In this document: in pieces, positions 41,385 through 50,728 of the stretch
Layout of the letters: the number at the start of each line of letters is the position of its first letter
How positions within the stretch are numbered: position 1 is the first letter of the stretch
Origin: an uncultured delta proteobacterium
GTDB lineage: Bacteria; Myxococcota_A; Polyangia; Palsa-1104
Reading direction: 5' to 3'
Length of the DNA stretch: 64,000 nucleotides
Assembly (NCBI GenBank): GCA_963785725.1
Contig: CAWAWS010000018.1
Span: 96,001-160,000, forward strand
The notes under the pieces: model-generated
Told to the model about the DNA's origin: nothing
What the model saw: only the letters and a program-made list of their open reading frames with translations
Databases searched by the model: none
Translations under genes and position numbers: made by a program

Positions 41385-42134
41385 CTACTGCCCACGCATC
41401 AGCGCGCGCACGCTGAACATGTCGTCCGACAGCCCCGAGTCGATCTTCGTCGACGTAAACACGATCTCCGACTTGTGATCATTCCGCCGATGATCGGTAA
41501 TGACGATCTTCCCCGGCTGATAATGCGTCGGCGAGTCCTTCGTGTAATCGAGCCGCTCCTGCGTCTTCAAGAGCTTGCCCGCCGGATCGTAATACTCGAG
41601 CTTCGTCGGCTGAAACATGCCTTTGTCGGCCCACAGCTTCAGCTTCGGAAACTCGAGGTCGACGCCCGGCTTCGCCGTGAGCTCCAAGATCCAGTTCTTG
41701 TCGTCGCTGCCCACGAGCTTCGGCACGTAGATGTCGCCGTACGCGATCTCGGACATGTCGGTGAACGAGAAATCCGAGCCCATGAAGCTCTGGTTCTTGA
41801 TGTGCGTGCCCATGCGCCGGACTTTGCCGAAGCCGGGCAGGTAGACGTACATCGTGTCGGCGCTCTCGATGAGCACGCCCATGCCCTTGACGTCGCCGGG
41901 CGCCAAGAAGCGCACGAGCCGCTTGTGCGGCGCCTTTTGATAGGTCGTGAACACGTACTCGCGCGACTGTCCGTTCGGCTGCGTCAGATGCAGCTTGGAC
42001 TCGAAGATTCCGTCTTTGAAGGCGTTGAGCGCGCCGTCGACCTTGGTCAGCAGCTCGGTCGCCGAGGGATCGGCGGCGGCGGCGGGCAGCGACAGCGCGA
42101 GCACGGTACAGATGACGAGCGGCTTCATGGTCAT
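41385..42134 (-). CDS. Outer-membrane lipoprotein-sorting (LolA-like) secreted protein
   Basis: Signal peptide; F..PGDVKG...L, YLP...KVRR, FMGSDFS..D; GGAGGA SD. Confidence 0.82.
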   Translation of the reverse strand: MTMKPLVICTVLALSLPAAAADPSATELLTKVDGALNAFKDGIFESKLHLTQPNGQSREYVFTTYQKAPHKRLVRFLAPGDVKGMGVLIESADTMYVYLPGFGKVRRMGTHIKNQSFMGSDFSFTDMSEIAYGDIYVPKLVGSDDKNWILELTAKPGVDLEFPKLKLWADKGMFQPTKLEYYDPAGKLLKTQERLDYTKDSPTHYQPGKIVITDHRRNDHKSEIVFTSTKIDSGLSDDMFSVRALMRGQ

Positions 42135-42373
42135 TCCTCCACGGCGATGCGTTCGAAATCGCGGCGACACTAGCACGATCATCGGGCGCGCAATGTTCAC
42201 GAAGTGCTCGCGACAGCGTCGGTGACCTTCGTAGCTACCGCGCCGGAATCGTGACGCCGCGCGGCAATTACTCGCAACCCCAACGCCCGCCGAGAAAACG
42301 CCCACCCCGTCGCCCAGCCGTCGTTCGCGTCCCGATCGGCGGCGCGGTGGGCTCACATCGCAACCCGCGCGAA

Positions 42374-42451
42374 TGAAACGTGTTCTACCACTCCGCCCGT
42401 GTCAATGGAACGTGTTTCTGTTGTGGACGCCCGGAAATGAAACGTGTTCTA
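42374..42451. promoter_or_regulatory. Three KstR-type operators at exact 32-bp spacing
   Basis: TGAAACGTGTTCTA (42374), TGGAACGTGTTTCT (42406, terminal mismatch), TGAAACGTGTTCTA (42438). Confidence 0.88.
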
Positions 42452-42471
42452 TTTGGCCGCGGAGGTCGGTG

Positions 42472-44025
42472 ATGAGCGAGACCGGGTTCTGGGAGCTGGC
42501 GCAGCGCAATCCGAATCGGGTGGCGCTGGTAGACGAGCATGGCACGCGCCGCACGGCGGGCGAGCTGTTCAAGGTGACGAATCAGCTGGTGCACGGCCTG
42601 CGCGCGCTCGGGCTGCAGCCCGGCGACACCGTCGCCACCGTGCTCGGCAACGAAGCGGCGATGATCGAAGTGGCCATCGCCACGGCACAAGCGGGCCTGT
42701 ACCTCGTGCCCATCAATCGCAACATGGCGCCGCCCGAGATCGCCTATATCGTCGGCGATTCCGAGGCCAAGGTGCTCATCGCGTCGCCGTCGGAGCTCGA
42801 GGTCATCGCCAAGGCGACCGCCGACGCGGCGTGGAAGAACGAGGTCGCGCTGTACGCGACCGGCGGCGATCATCCGCGCTTCCGGCCTTACGGCGACCTC
42901 ATGAAAGGGCAGCCGGAGACGGCGCCGGCCGATCGCAAAGCCGGCTGGCTCATGAACTACACGTCGGGAACGACCGGTCGTCCCAAGGGCGTGCGCCGGC
43001 CGCTGCCGCCGATCTCGCCCGATATTTTGGGCCAGCGCTACACGATGTTCCTGCAGCTGTTCGGCATCAAGCCGTCCGAAGGCGTCCACCTCATCGTGTC
43101 GCCGCTCTATCACACGGCGGTCCTCGGCTTCAGCATGTACCACCTGCACAACGGCGACACGCTCGTGCTCATGGACAAGTGGACGCCCGAGCGCATGTTG
43201 GAGCTCATCGAGCAGGAGAAGGTGACGTCGACGCACATGGTGCCGACGCACTTCAGCCGCCTGCTCGCGCTGCCCGAAGCCAAGCGCAACGCGCACAATC
43301 TCTCGTCGCTGCGCCACATGATCCACGGCGCCGCGCCCTGTCCGCCCGAGGTCAAGCGGCGCATGCTCGCGTGGTGGGGCAACTGCATTTACGAGTATTA
43401 CGCGGCCTCCGAAGGCGGCGGCACCATCATCACCGCCGCCGATTGGCTGAAGAAGCCGGGCAGCGTCGGCAAGCCCTGGTACGGCTCGGAGATCCGCGTG
43501 CTCGCCGACGACGGCACGCCGGCGCCCGTCGGCACGCCCGGCACCGTCTACATCAAGATGGCGGACTACAAGTTCGAGTACCACAAGGACAAGCAGAAGA
43601 CCGACTCGGCCTGGAAAGAGGGCTTCTTCACCGTCGGTGACGCCGGCTATCTCGACGCCGACGGCTACCTGTTCTTGTGCGATCGCAAGTCGGACATGAT
43701 CATCTCCGGCGGCGTCAACATCTACCCGGCCGAGATCGAAGGCACGCTCATCACGCATCCGGCCGTGCGCGACGTCGCCGTCTTCGGCATCCCCGACGAC
43801 GACTGGGGCGAGCAGGTCAAAGCGGTCGTCGAGCTCGCCGACGGGCAAGCGGCGACGCCGGCGCTGGTCGACGCCCTGCGCCACTTCTGCGGTGATCACC
43901 TGGCCAAGCACAAGATCCCGAAGACGATCGACTTCACCGACGCCTTGCCGCGCGACCCGTCGGGCAAGCTGTACAAGCGCAAGCTGCGCGATCCCTACTG
44001 GCAAGGCCGCGACCGTCAGATTTGA
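42472..44025 (+). CDS. Acyl-CoA synthetase (AMP-forming)
   Basis: YTSGTTGRPKG, PLYH, YYAASEG, GSVG, DRKSDMIISGGVNIYPAE. Confidence 0.92.
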   Translation: MSETGFWELAQRNPNRVALVDEHGTRRTAGELFKVTNQLVHGLRALGLQPGDTVATVLGNEAAMIEVAIATAQAGLYLVPINRNMAPPEIAYIVGDSEAKVLIASPSELEVIAKATADAAWKNEVALYATGGDHPRFRPYGDLMKGQPETAPADRKAGWLMNYTSGTTGRPKGVRRPLPPISPDILGQRYTMFLQLFGIKPSEGVHLIVSPLYHTAVLGFSMYHLHNGDTLVLMDKWTPERMLELIEQEKVTSTHMVPTHFSRLLALPEAKRNAHNLSSLRHMIHGAAPCPPEVKRRMLAWWGNCIYEYYAASEGGGTIITAADWLKKPGSVGKPWYGSEIRVLADDGTPAPVGTPGTVYIKMADYKFEYHKDKQKTDSAWKEGFFTVGDAGYLDADGYLFLCDRKSDMIISGGVNIYPAEIEGTLITHPAVRDVAVFGIPDDDWGEQVKAVVELADGQAATPALVDALRHFCGDHLAKHKIPKTIDFTDALPRDPSGKLYKRKLRDPYWQGRDRQI

Positions 44026-44046
44026 TTCACGCTTTCCGGGGTCGAC

Positions 44047-44116
44047 TAGAACATGTTCTAGTTTGACTGAAACGTGTTTCAAAAATTGCTTGCCGCACAA
44101 AATGCAACGTGTTCTA
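44047..44116. promoter_or_regulatory. Three KstR-type operators upstream of the P450
   Basis: TAGAACATGTTCTA (44047, perfect palindrome), TGAAACGTGTTTCA (44068), TGCAACGTGTTCTA (44103). Confidence 0.9.
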
Positions 44117-44153
44117 CTAATCCTCGACGGCACTAGGTGCACGAGGAGCGGCG

Positions 44154-45377
44154 ATGAGCAAACACAACGTCTACGACCCCGGCATCTACGCGGAGAGCGT
44201 TCCCTGGGACACCTTCAAAACGCTGCGCAACGAGGCGCCGGTCTATTGGCACGAAGAGCCGCGCGGTGGCCGTGGCTTTTGGGCCATCACCAAGCACAAA
44301 GACATCGTCGCCATCTCGCGTGACCCGGGGACGTTCTCGTCCGAGCGCGGCGCGACCTTCCTCGAAGATCAGAAGGAAGACGTGCTGCCGGTGCTGCAGA
44401 CGTTCATGCTCAACATGGACCCGCCGCAGCACATTCGCTTCCGCAACATGGTCAAACATGCGTTCGTGCCGCAGAGCCTGCGGCTGCTCGAGCCGAAGAT
44501 TCGCCGCATGGTGCGCGGCATCATCGATCGCGTCGGGCCGCGCGGCGAGTGCGACTTCGTCGCCGACATCGCCTGCAAGCTGCCGCTCGGCGTCATCGCC
44601 GAGATGATCGGCGTGCCCGAAGGCGACCGCGACAAGGTCTACGACTGGTCGAACAAGATGGTGGCGTTCGACGATCCCGAGTTCCAGAGCTGCTACGAAG
44701 ACGCGGAAGCGGCGTCGGCCGAGATGTACCAGTACGCGTTCGAGCTCGGCCAAGAGCGCGCCGACAATCCGGGGCAGAGCGACGACATCATCTCGAAGCT
44801 GATGGCCAATATCGGCGCCGACACGCTGACGATCCAGGAGTTCGCCTCGTTCTTCATGCTGCTCTTCGTCGCCGGCAACGAGACGACGCGCAACGCCACG
44901 TCGGGCGGCATGTTGGCGCTGCTGCAGAATCCCGACGAGTGCCAGAAGCTGCAGGCGCATCCCGAGCTCGTGCCGCAAGCGGTCGAGGAGATCCTGCGCT
45001 GGGTCTCGCCGCTCATCTACTTCCGGCGCACGGCCACCAAAGACACCGAGATTCGCGGCGTGAAGATCAAGGAGAACGACAAAGTCGTCCTCTATTATCC
45101 GTCGGCCAACCGCGACGAAGAGCTGTTCGAGCACCCCGAGCAGTTCAACGTCTCGCGCACGCCGAACGATCACCTCGCATTCGGCACCGGCCAGCACGTC
45201 TGTCTCGGCGCCAACTTGGCCCGCTTCGAGCTGCGCTGCATCTTCGAAGAGCTCACCAAGCGGCTGCCCGACATTCAGCTCGTCGGTGAGCCGCGCCGCC
45301 TGCGCTCGAACTTCTTGAACGGCATCAAGACCATGCCGGTCCGCTTTACGCCCGAGCGCACGCGAGCGATGCCGTGA
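44154..45377 (+). CDS. Cytochrome P450, CYP125/CYP142-like steroid C26 monooxygenase
   Basis: LNMDPPQH, AGNETTRN, EEILRW, FGTGQHVCLG heme motif. Confidence 0.85.
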   Translation: MSKHNVYDPGIYAESVPWDTFKTLRNEAPVYWHEEPRGGRGFWAITKHKDIVAISRDPGTFSSERGATFLEDQKEDVLPVLQTFMLNMDPPQHIRFRNMVKHAFVPQSLRLLEPKIRRMVRGIIDRVGPRGECDFVADIACKLPLGVIAEMIGVPEGDRDKVYDWSNKMVAFDDPEFQSCYEDAEAASAEMYQYAFELGQERADNPGQSDDIISKLMANIGADTLTIQEFASFFMLLFVAGNETTRNATSGGMLALLQNPDECQKLQAHPELVPQAVEEILRWVSPLIYFRRTATKDTEIRGVKIKENDKVVLYYPSANRDEELFEHPEQFNVSRTPNDHLAFGTGQHVCLGANLARFELRCIFEELTKRLPDIQLVGEPRRLRSNFLNGIKTMPVRFTPERTRAMP

Positions 45378-45473
45378 CCACCCGGTTTCGTTACAAGCAA
45401 TCGCTCACATTTCGAACGTTTCTCGGCGCCCACGCGCTCGGGAAGTTACAAATCGGTCATTGGACATCGCGAT

Positions 45474-45487
45474 TGGAACCTGTTTCA
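45474..45487. promoter_or_regulatory. KstR-type operator in front of kstR (autoregulation)
   Basis: TGGAACCTGTTTCA ending 8 bp before ATG 45496. Confidence 0.85.
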
Positions 45488-45495
45488 ATCCCGGC

Positions 45496-46098
45496 ATGAC
45501 CATGGAGGAAAAGCGCAGCCGCATCCTGGAGACCGCCATCGAGCTCGCCGAAAAAGGCGGCTTCGACAACGTTCGCTTGCGCGACGTGGCGGCTCAAGCG
45601 GATGTGGCGCTCGGTACGCTCTACAAGCGCTTCCCGTCGAAGGAGTCGATCCTCGTCGCGGCGCTGGAGCTGGAAGCGGAGAAGCTGGAGAAGCGGCTGA
45701 CCAAGAAGCCGTTCGAAGCCGAGTCGTCGCTCGAGCGCGTGCTCGAGTTCTTCGACCACGTCTCGCGCACGCTGTTCCGTAAGCCCAACTTGGGCCGCGC
45801 CGTCCTGCGCGCGCTCACGTCGGGCGACGAGGACTTGACCGAGCAGGTGGCCAGCTTCCACCAGCGCATGACGAACATGATCGTGGCCGCGCTGCGCGGC
45901 TCGCTCATCACGGCCATCTATCCCGAGCCTTCGAACGACGAGCTGATGGTGGCGTTCATCATGCAGCAGCAGTGGTTCGCGGCGCTCGTCGGCTGGATGG
46001 GCGGTCTCATCTCCAAGCCCATGGTGATCGACCAGCTGCGCATCACGTTGACGGTGGTGCTGCGCGGGTTGTCCAGACAGAGTGAGGAAGCCTCATGA
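45496..46098 (+). CDS. kstR: TetR-family repressor, KstR-like
   Basis: RILE.A..LA.KGG.D.V..R.VA..ADVALGTLY..FPSK..L.V.AL resembles the mycobacterial KstR HTH; own operator upstream. Confidence 0.82.
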   Translation: MTMEEKRSRILETAIELAEKGGFDNVRLRDVAAQADVALGTLYKRFPSKESILVAALELEAEKLEKRLTKKPFEAESSLERVLEFFDHVSRTLFRKPNLGRAVLRALTSGDEDLTEQVASFHQRMTNMIVAALRGSLITAIYPEPSNDELMVAFIMQQQWFAALVGWMGGLISKPMVIDQLRITLTVVLRGLSRQSEEAS

Positions 46099-47075
46099 CG
46101 CGGCAGTTTCCCTTCCCGGCGTTTCCCAACGGCTGGTTCCAGGTCGCCTACTCCGACGAGCTGACCGCCGGCCAAGTCCTGCCACTCTCCTATTTCGGTC
46201 GCGAGCTGGTCGCTTTCCGCACTGCCGAGGGCAAAGCGGCGGTGCTGGACGCGTTCTGCCCGCACCTCGGCGCGCACCTCGGCTACGGCGGCAAGGTCGA
46301 AGGCGAGTCGATCGTGTGCCCGTTCCACGCGTGGAAGTTCGACGCCTGCGGCGGCTGCACCGAAGTGCCGTACGCCAAGAAGATCCCGCCCAAAGCCAAG
46401 CTGCGAGCCTGGCCGGTGCAAGAGGTGAACGGCCTCATCATGCTCTGGCATCACGCCGAAGACGCGCCGCCGAGCTTCGAGCTGCCGGTGCTGAGCGAGT
46501 TCGGCAACGAAGAGTGGACGACCTACGAGCGCCGTCGCTGGCAGATCAAGACGCGCAATCAGGAGATGGCCGAGAACGCCGTCGACTCGGCGCACTTTCA
46601 CTTCCTGCACGGCACCAGCAACATGCCCGAGTCGCGCGCCGAGATCGTCGGGCCGCTCCTGAAGGTCTACTCGACGACGGGCATGTCGACGCCGCGCGGT
46701 GGCGTCGAGGGCTCGGTCGAATCGACGTCGTACGGCTTCGGCTACTCGACGGTGCGCTTCACGGGGATCGTCGACACGCTGCTGGTGTCGAGCATCACGC
46801 CCATCGCCGATCAGCTGCTTGACGTGCGCTTCAACTTCACGCTCAAGAAGCTGCCCGATAAAGACGTCACCAAGACGGTCGGTAAAGCGTTCATCCGCGA
46901 GGTCTCGCGGCAGCTCGAGCAGGACATCCCGATTTGGGAGCACAAGACCTATTGGGATCACCCGGTTCTGTGCGACGGCGATGGTCCGGTCGGTCTCTTC
47001 CGCAAGTGGTCGCGGCAGTTCTATTCGATTCCGTCGGCGCCGGCCGAGCCCAAGTCGCTGACCGTCGTCGGCTGA
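46095..47075 (+). CDS. Second Rieske steroid oxygenase (KshA/cholesterol 7-desaturase family)
   Basis: CPH..CPFH; QEMAENAVD.AHF..LH; DIPIWEHK..LCDGDGP..RKW..QFY; ATGA overlap with kstR. Confidence 0.85.
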   Translation: MTRQFPFPAFPNGWFQVAYSDELTAGQVLPLSYFGRELVAFRTAEGKAAVLDAFCPHLGAHLGYGGKVEGESIVCPFHAWKFDACGGCTEVPYAKKIPPKAKLRAWPVQEVNGLIMLWHHAEDAPPSFELPVLSEFGNEEWTTYERRRWQIKTRNQEMAENAVDSAHFHFLHGTSNMPESRAEIVGPLLKVYSTTGMSTPRGGVEGSVESTSYGFGYSTVRFTGIVDTLLVSSITPIADQLLDVRFNFTLKKLPDKDVTKTVGKAFIREVSRQLEQDIPIWEHKTYWDHPVLCDGDGPVGLFRKWSRQFYSIPSAPAEPKSLTVVG

Positions 47076-47152
47076 GCGGTCTGCCGACTGGTCTGCTCGA
47101 TTTCGCAGATCTGGCGCTTTCGTAGGATCCAGCTCGACTGCACGCTGTCCGC

Positions 47153-47587
47153 ATGGAACGTCGTTACGAATACAGCAAACACCCGGCCTACAAGGCCATG
47201 TTGGCGCTGGAAGAGGCGCTGCAGCCGTTCGACAAGCCGCTCGCCGAGCTCTTGAAGCTGCGCGTGTCGCAGATCAACGGCTGCGCCTATTGCGTGCACA
47301 TGCACGTGCACGACGCGCGCAAGCTGGGTGTGGCGCCGGCGCAGATCGATCTCGTGGCCGCCTGGCGCGAGGCGGGGCCGGTCTTCGACGCGCGCACGCG
47401 AGCGGCGCTCGGCTGGGCCGAAGCGGTCACCAAGATCGCCGAGACGCAGGCGCCCGACGACGTGTACGCCGAGGCGCGGCGCCACTTCGACGAAGGGCAG
47501 ATGGCGACGCTGACCTTCGGGATCGCGGCCATCAACGCGTGGAATCGCCTGGCCATCGCGTCGCGCCAGCCGCTCCCGCCGATGTGA
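47153..47587 (+). CDS. Carboxymuconolactone decarboxylase/AhpD-like protein
   Basis: LRVSQINGCAYCV.MH, INAWNR. Confidence 0.9.
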   Translation: MERRYEYSKHPAYKAMLALEEALQPFDKPLAELLKLRVSQINGCAYCVHMHVHDARKLGVAPAQIDLVAAWREAGPVFDARTRAALGWAEAVTKIAETQAPDDVYAEARRHFDEGQMATLTFGIAAINAWNRLAIASRQPLPPM

Positions 47588-47647
47588 GCGACCAGACGCG
47601 CCCCGTCGCGAGGCCGCGCCCTTGCGCGTTGTCGCGACCTCGAGACT

Positions 47648-48910
47648 TTAGCGCGGATGCTTTGCCAGCGCGGCGCAGCTGTCGTTGTTGCCGAGCTTGC
47701 AAGCCTTGTCGAACAGCACGCGCGCTTCCGTCGGCTGCCCGTGGTCGGCACGCATCAGGGCCAGCGTGAAACAGCCGAACGCGTCGTCATGCTCACACGC
47801 CGTCGCGAGGCGCCGAGCGGCCTTTTCCGGCTGACGCGGCCCACCGTCGCCGTTGGCCAGCATGATGCCGAGGTTGGTGCAGAACTCCCAGATCTCGCCG
47901 TCGCAAGCGCGCTCGTACAGGGACCGAGCTTGCGACGGCGCCTTGTCGATACCGCGGCCGTTAGCCGTCATGAAGCCGAGATTTCCGCAGCCGAGCGGGT
48001 CGCCCTTGTCGCAGCCCAATCGGAACTGCTCGGCAGCCGCCCGATCGTCTCGTGGCCCGCCCGCGCCCGCGAAGCTGAGTCGGCCGAGCCCGGTGCAGCC
48101 GACGCTGTCTCCTTGGTTGCAGCTCTTGGCGAACAGCGCGCGAGCGCGTCCAAAGTCTTGGCGCACGCCATCGCCGAGCTCGAACAGGTTTGCCAGGTTG
48201 GAGCAGTCGCCACTGCTGCCGCCATTGCAGGCCAGCTCGTAGAAGTGGAAGGCCTGCTTCGTATCGCGCTCGATTCCACGCCCTTGCGAGTAGTGGAAGC
48301 CAAGATTACCGCACGCGCTTATCACGCCACCGTCGCAGGCGCGTTGGTAGAGCACGACGGCCTTGCGATCATCGCGCCGCGAGTCGGTCGCGTGCGCCAG
48401 ACACTGCGCGAGCTGCGCGCAGGCCACGAGGTCTTTTCCGCTGCATGATGGATCGAGCGCGGCGAAGTCACACGCGTCGGCGTCGACGGCGGGCTCCGCG
48501 GCGCCGGACGCTTCGGCATGGCCGAGATGCCAGGCCGCCAAGAAGCCCACGAACGCGCCCACGGCCAAGAGGGTGTAACCAAGCTCGCGATAGGCCGGCG
48601 CGACCCGCTCGTGATGACGACCCATGCCGACGAGCAGCTTGGGCCAGATGAGCGCCGCCGGCCCGATGAATGCGCAGACCGCCGTGAGCATCATCGCTTT
48701 GACGCTGTAGGTGTGCTCGGTCCTCAGCTCGTGCCACTGCATCCAACCGAGAGCCGCGCCGATTCCGATGAAGCCGAGCGCCCAGAGCCGCTCTTTGAGC
48801 AGCATGCGGCGCTCTTCCGCGACGGCGCGCTGTCGCTGTTCCGGGGTCGGCGAGCTCGCGCCGTCCCCGCGCTCTTCCGCTGCGAGCTGCGGATCAGCCG
48901 ACTCGCTCAT
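47648..48910 (-). CDS. Membrane protein with C-terminal Sel1-like (Cys-rich) repeats
   Basis: Three N-terminal hydrophobic segments; repeated ACDGG..C.NLG..Y..G.G. Confidence 0.85.
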   Translation of the reverse strand: MSESADPQLAAEERGDGASSPTPEQRQRAVAEERRMLLKERLWALGFIGIGAALGWMQWHELRTEHTYSVKAMMLTAVCAFIGPAALIWPKLLVGMGRHHERVAPAYRELGYTLLAVGAFVGFLAAWHLGHAEASGAAEPAVDADACDFAALDPSCSGKDLVACAQLAQCLAHATDSRRDDRKAVVLYQRACDGGVISACGNLGFHYSQGRGIERDTKQAFHFYELACNGGSSGDCSNLANLFELGDGVRQDFGRARALFAKSCNQGDSVGCTGLGRLSFAGAGGPRDDRAAAEQFRLGCDKGDPLGCGNLGFMTANGRGIDKAPSQARSLYERACDGEIWEFCTNLGIMLANGDGGPRQPEKAARRLATACEHDDAFGCFTLALMRADHGQPTEARVLFDKACKLGNNDSCAALAKHPR

Positions 48911-49053
48911 GACGTCCTCCCGCTCCGCAACTGAGTATCACGCCGCCGCGACGAGGCGGCGTCCCACTTCGGAGACAGCGCCGTCGTTCAGCGAACCCAT
49001 CCGCCGGTTCGTGGAATCAGATCGGGATGACGCGGGCTGCGCCGGCGACGTCG

Positions 49054-49509
49054 CTAGTCGGACGTGAGCGAACGGGCGATCGCTTCCATGTCGGCGTGCT
49101 GGCCGCCCCATTCCTTCTTGCTGTAGTAGCGCTTCGTGCCGCGCGATGTGCCGGCGATGTCGAGGCAGAAGTCGAAGCCGTTCTCGTGGCACGGGCGCGC
49201 CTGCCAGCTCATGCGCTCGCGCTGATTGTTGTTGCCGAAGAGGAGGTCCAGGCTCGCGTCCTGCCGCGGCAGCAGGTGATAGTGGAACTCCTCCCACTGC
49301 CCGGTCCACACCGTGCGCGTGACGAAGCGCCCCACGGGATGCTCGCTCATCAGCCACATCGCGAGGAACTTCTCGTGTTTGTCGCGCGGCTCGTGATCGA
49401 CCCAGAAGCGATCGTAGATGAGCTTGCTGTCGGGCGCGTCGTGCGTAAACGCCCGCCAGCCCATCGCGCTCACCGTCGCCAACAAAACGATCAGCGTCAG
49501 CTTTTTCAT
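49054..49509 (-). CDS. Secreted hypothetical protein
   Basis: MKKLTLIVLLA signal peptide; normal codon bias. Confidence 0.65.
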   Translation of the reverse strand: MKKLTLIVLLATVSAMGWRAFTHDAPDSKLIYDRFWVDHEPRDKHEKFLAMWLMSEHPVGRFVTRTVWTGQWEEFHYHLLPRQDASLDLLFGNNNQRERMSWQARPCHENGFDFCLDIAGTSRGTKRYYSKKEWGGQHADMEAIARSLTSD

Positions 49510-49612
49510 GCGGCGATTTTCGGTTCGGCGCGCGGCGATGTCAATGCGGCGAGACCGATCGACCCGCGAGCGCGCCACGTTGCGGCGTGGGCGCGTGCGC
49601 TCGGCGTGCGGG

Positions 49613-50728
49613 TCAGGCGAGGCGCGCGAGCGTCTTGTGCAGCTCGCTGGCGATATCCTCGACGAGCTCCGCGGCCGGCCGCACCGCGTTCATACGGCCG
49701 ACGATCTGACCGACCGCCGAGCCGAGCAGCTGCTTGGCCTGCGACGCCGGCGTGTGCGCCGCGTGATAGTGGATGCGGTTGATCGCGTCCGACGTGCACA
49801 TGAACTGCAGCGGCAGCGGCAACGTCCCCGGCGACTCCTTCGACTCCCACGCTTCGGTCCACGGCGTGCGCAGCTGCCGCGCCGGCTTGCCCGTCATCGC
49901 CCGCGAGCGCACCGTGTCACGCGACGTCGCCGTCAACAGCTTCTGCTTCACGACGTCCGGCGTCAGCTGATTCTCCGCCGTCGTCAGCCAGATCGATCCC
50001 GTCCACGCGCCGTCGGCGCCGAGCGCCAACGCCGCCGCCAGCTGCCGCCCCGAGCCGATGCCGCCCGCCGCCAACACCGGCACCGGCGCCACCGCGTCGA
50101 CGACCTCGGGCACGAGCACCATCGTGCTCACGTCGCCGGTGTGACCGCCCGCTTCCGTGCCTTGCGCGACGATGATGTCGACGCCCGACGCCACCTGCTT
50201 CTGCGCGTGGCGCACGCTGCCGGCCAGCGCCGCGACGAGCACGCCCTTGTCGTGCGCGCTCTTGATGACGTCGTCCGGTGGCGGTCCGAGCGCATTGGCG
50301 AGCAGCTTGATCGGATGTTGCAGCGCGATCTCGACCTGCGCTCGCGACAGCGCGTTCACCCACGACGGCAGATCCGAATAGGGCCGCACACCCTCCGGCA
50401 GCGGCGGCACGCCGTAACGCTCGAGCAGCTGATCGACGAAGCGCCGCTGCGCCTCCGGGATCATATTCTGCAGGGCGCCGTGGTCGAAGTCGCCTTCGGT
50501 CGGCGCCACCGTCGACGCCGGCATGACCACGTCGACGCCGTACGGCCGCCCGTCGATGTGCGCGTCGATCCAGTCGAGATGCGCCGCCAACTCCTCGGGC
50601 GAGAAGGCGATGGCGCCGAGCACGCCCATGCCGCCGGCGCGACTGACGGCGACCACGACCTCGCGCGAGCCGGTGAACGCGAACAGCGGCAGCCGCAGCC
50701 CGAACTTCTCGGCCAGCTGGCTCTTCAT
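49613..50728 (-). CDS. Nitronate monooxygenase-family flavoprotein
   Basis: VSRAGGMGVLGA, QGTEAGGH.G, AAGGIG.G, WTGSIWL, TGKP.RQLR. Confidence 0.88.
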   Translation of the reverse strand: MKSQLAEKFGLRLPLFAFTGSREVVVAVSRAGGMGVLGAIAFSPEELAAHLDWIDAHIDGRPYGVDVVMPASTVAPTEGDFDHGALQNMIPEAQRRFVDQLLERYGVPPLPEGVRPYSDLPSWVNALSRAQVEIALQHPIKLLANALGPPPDDVIKSAHDKGVLVAALAGSVRHAQKQVASGVDIIVAQGTEAGGHTGDVSTMVLVPEVVDAVAPVPVLAAGGIGSGRQLAAALALGADGAWTGSIWLTTAENQLTPDVVKQKLLTATSRDTVRSRAMTGKPARQLRTPWTEAWESKESPGTLPLPLQFMCTSDAINRIHYHAAHTPASQAKQLLGSAVGQIVGRMNAVRPAAELVEDIASELHKTLARLA

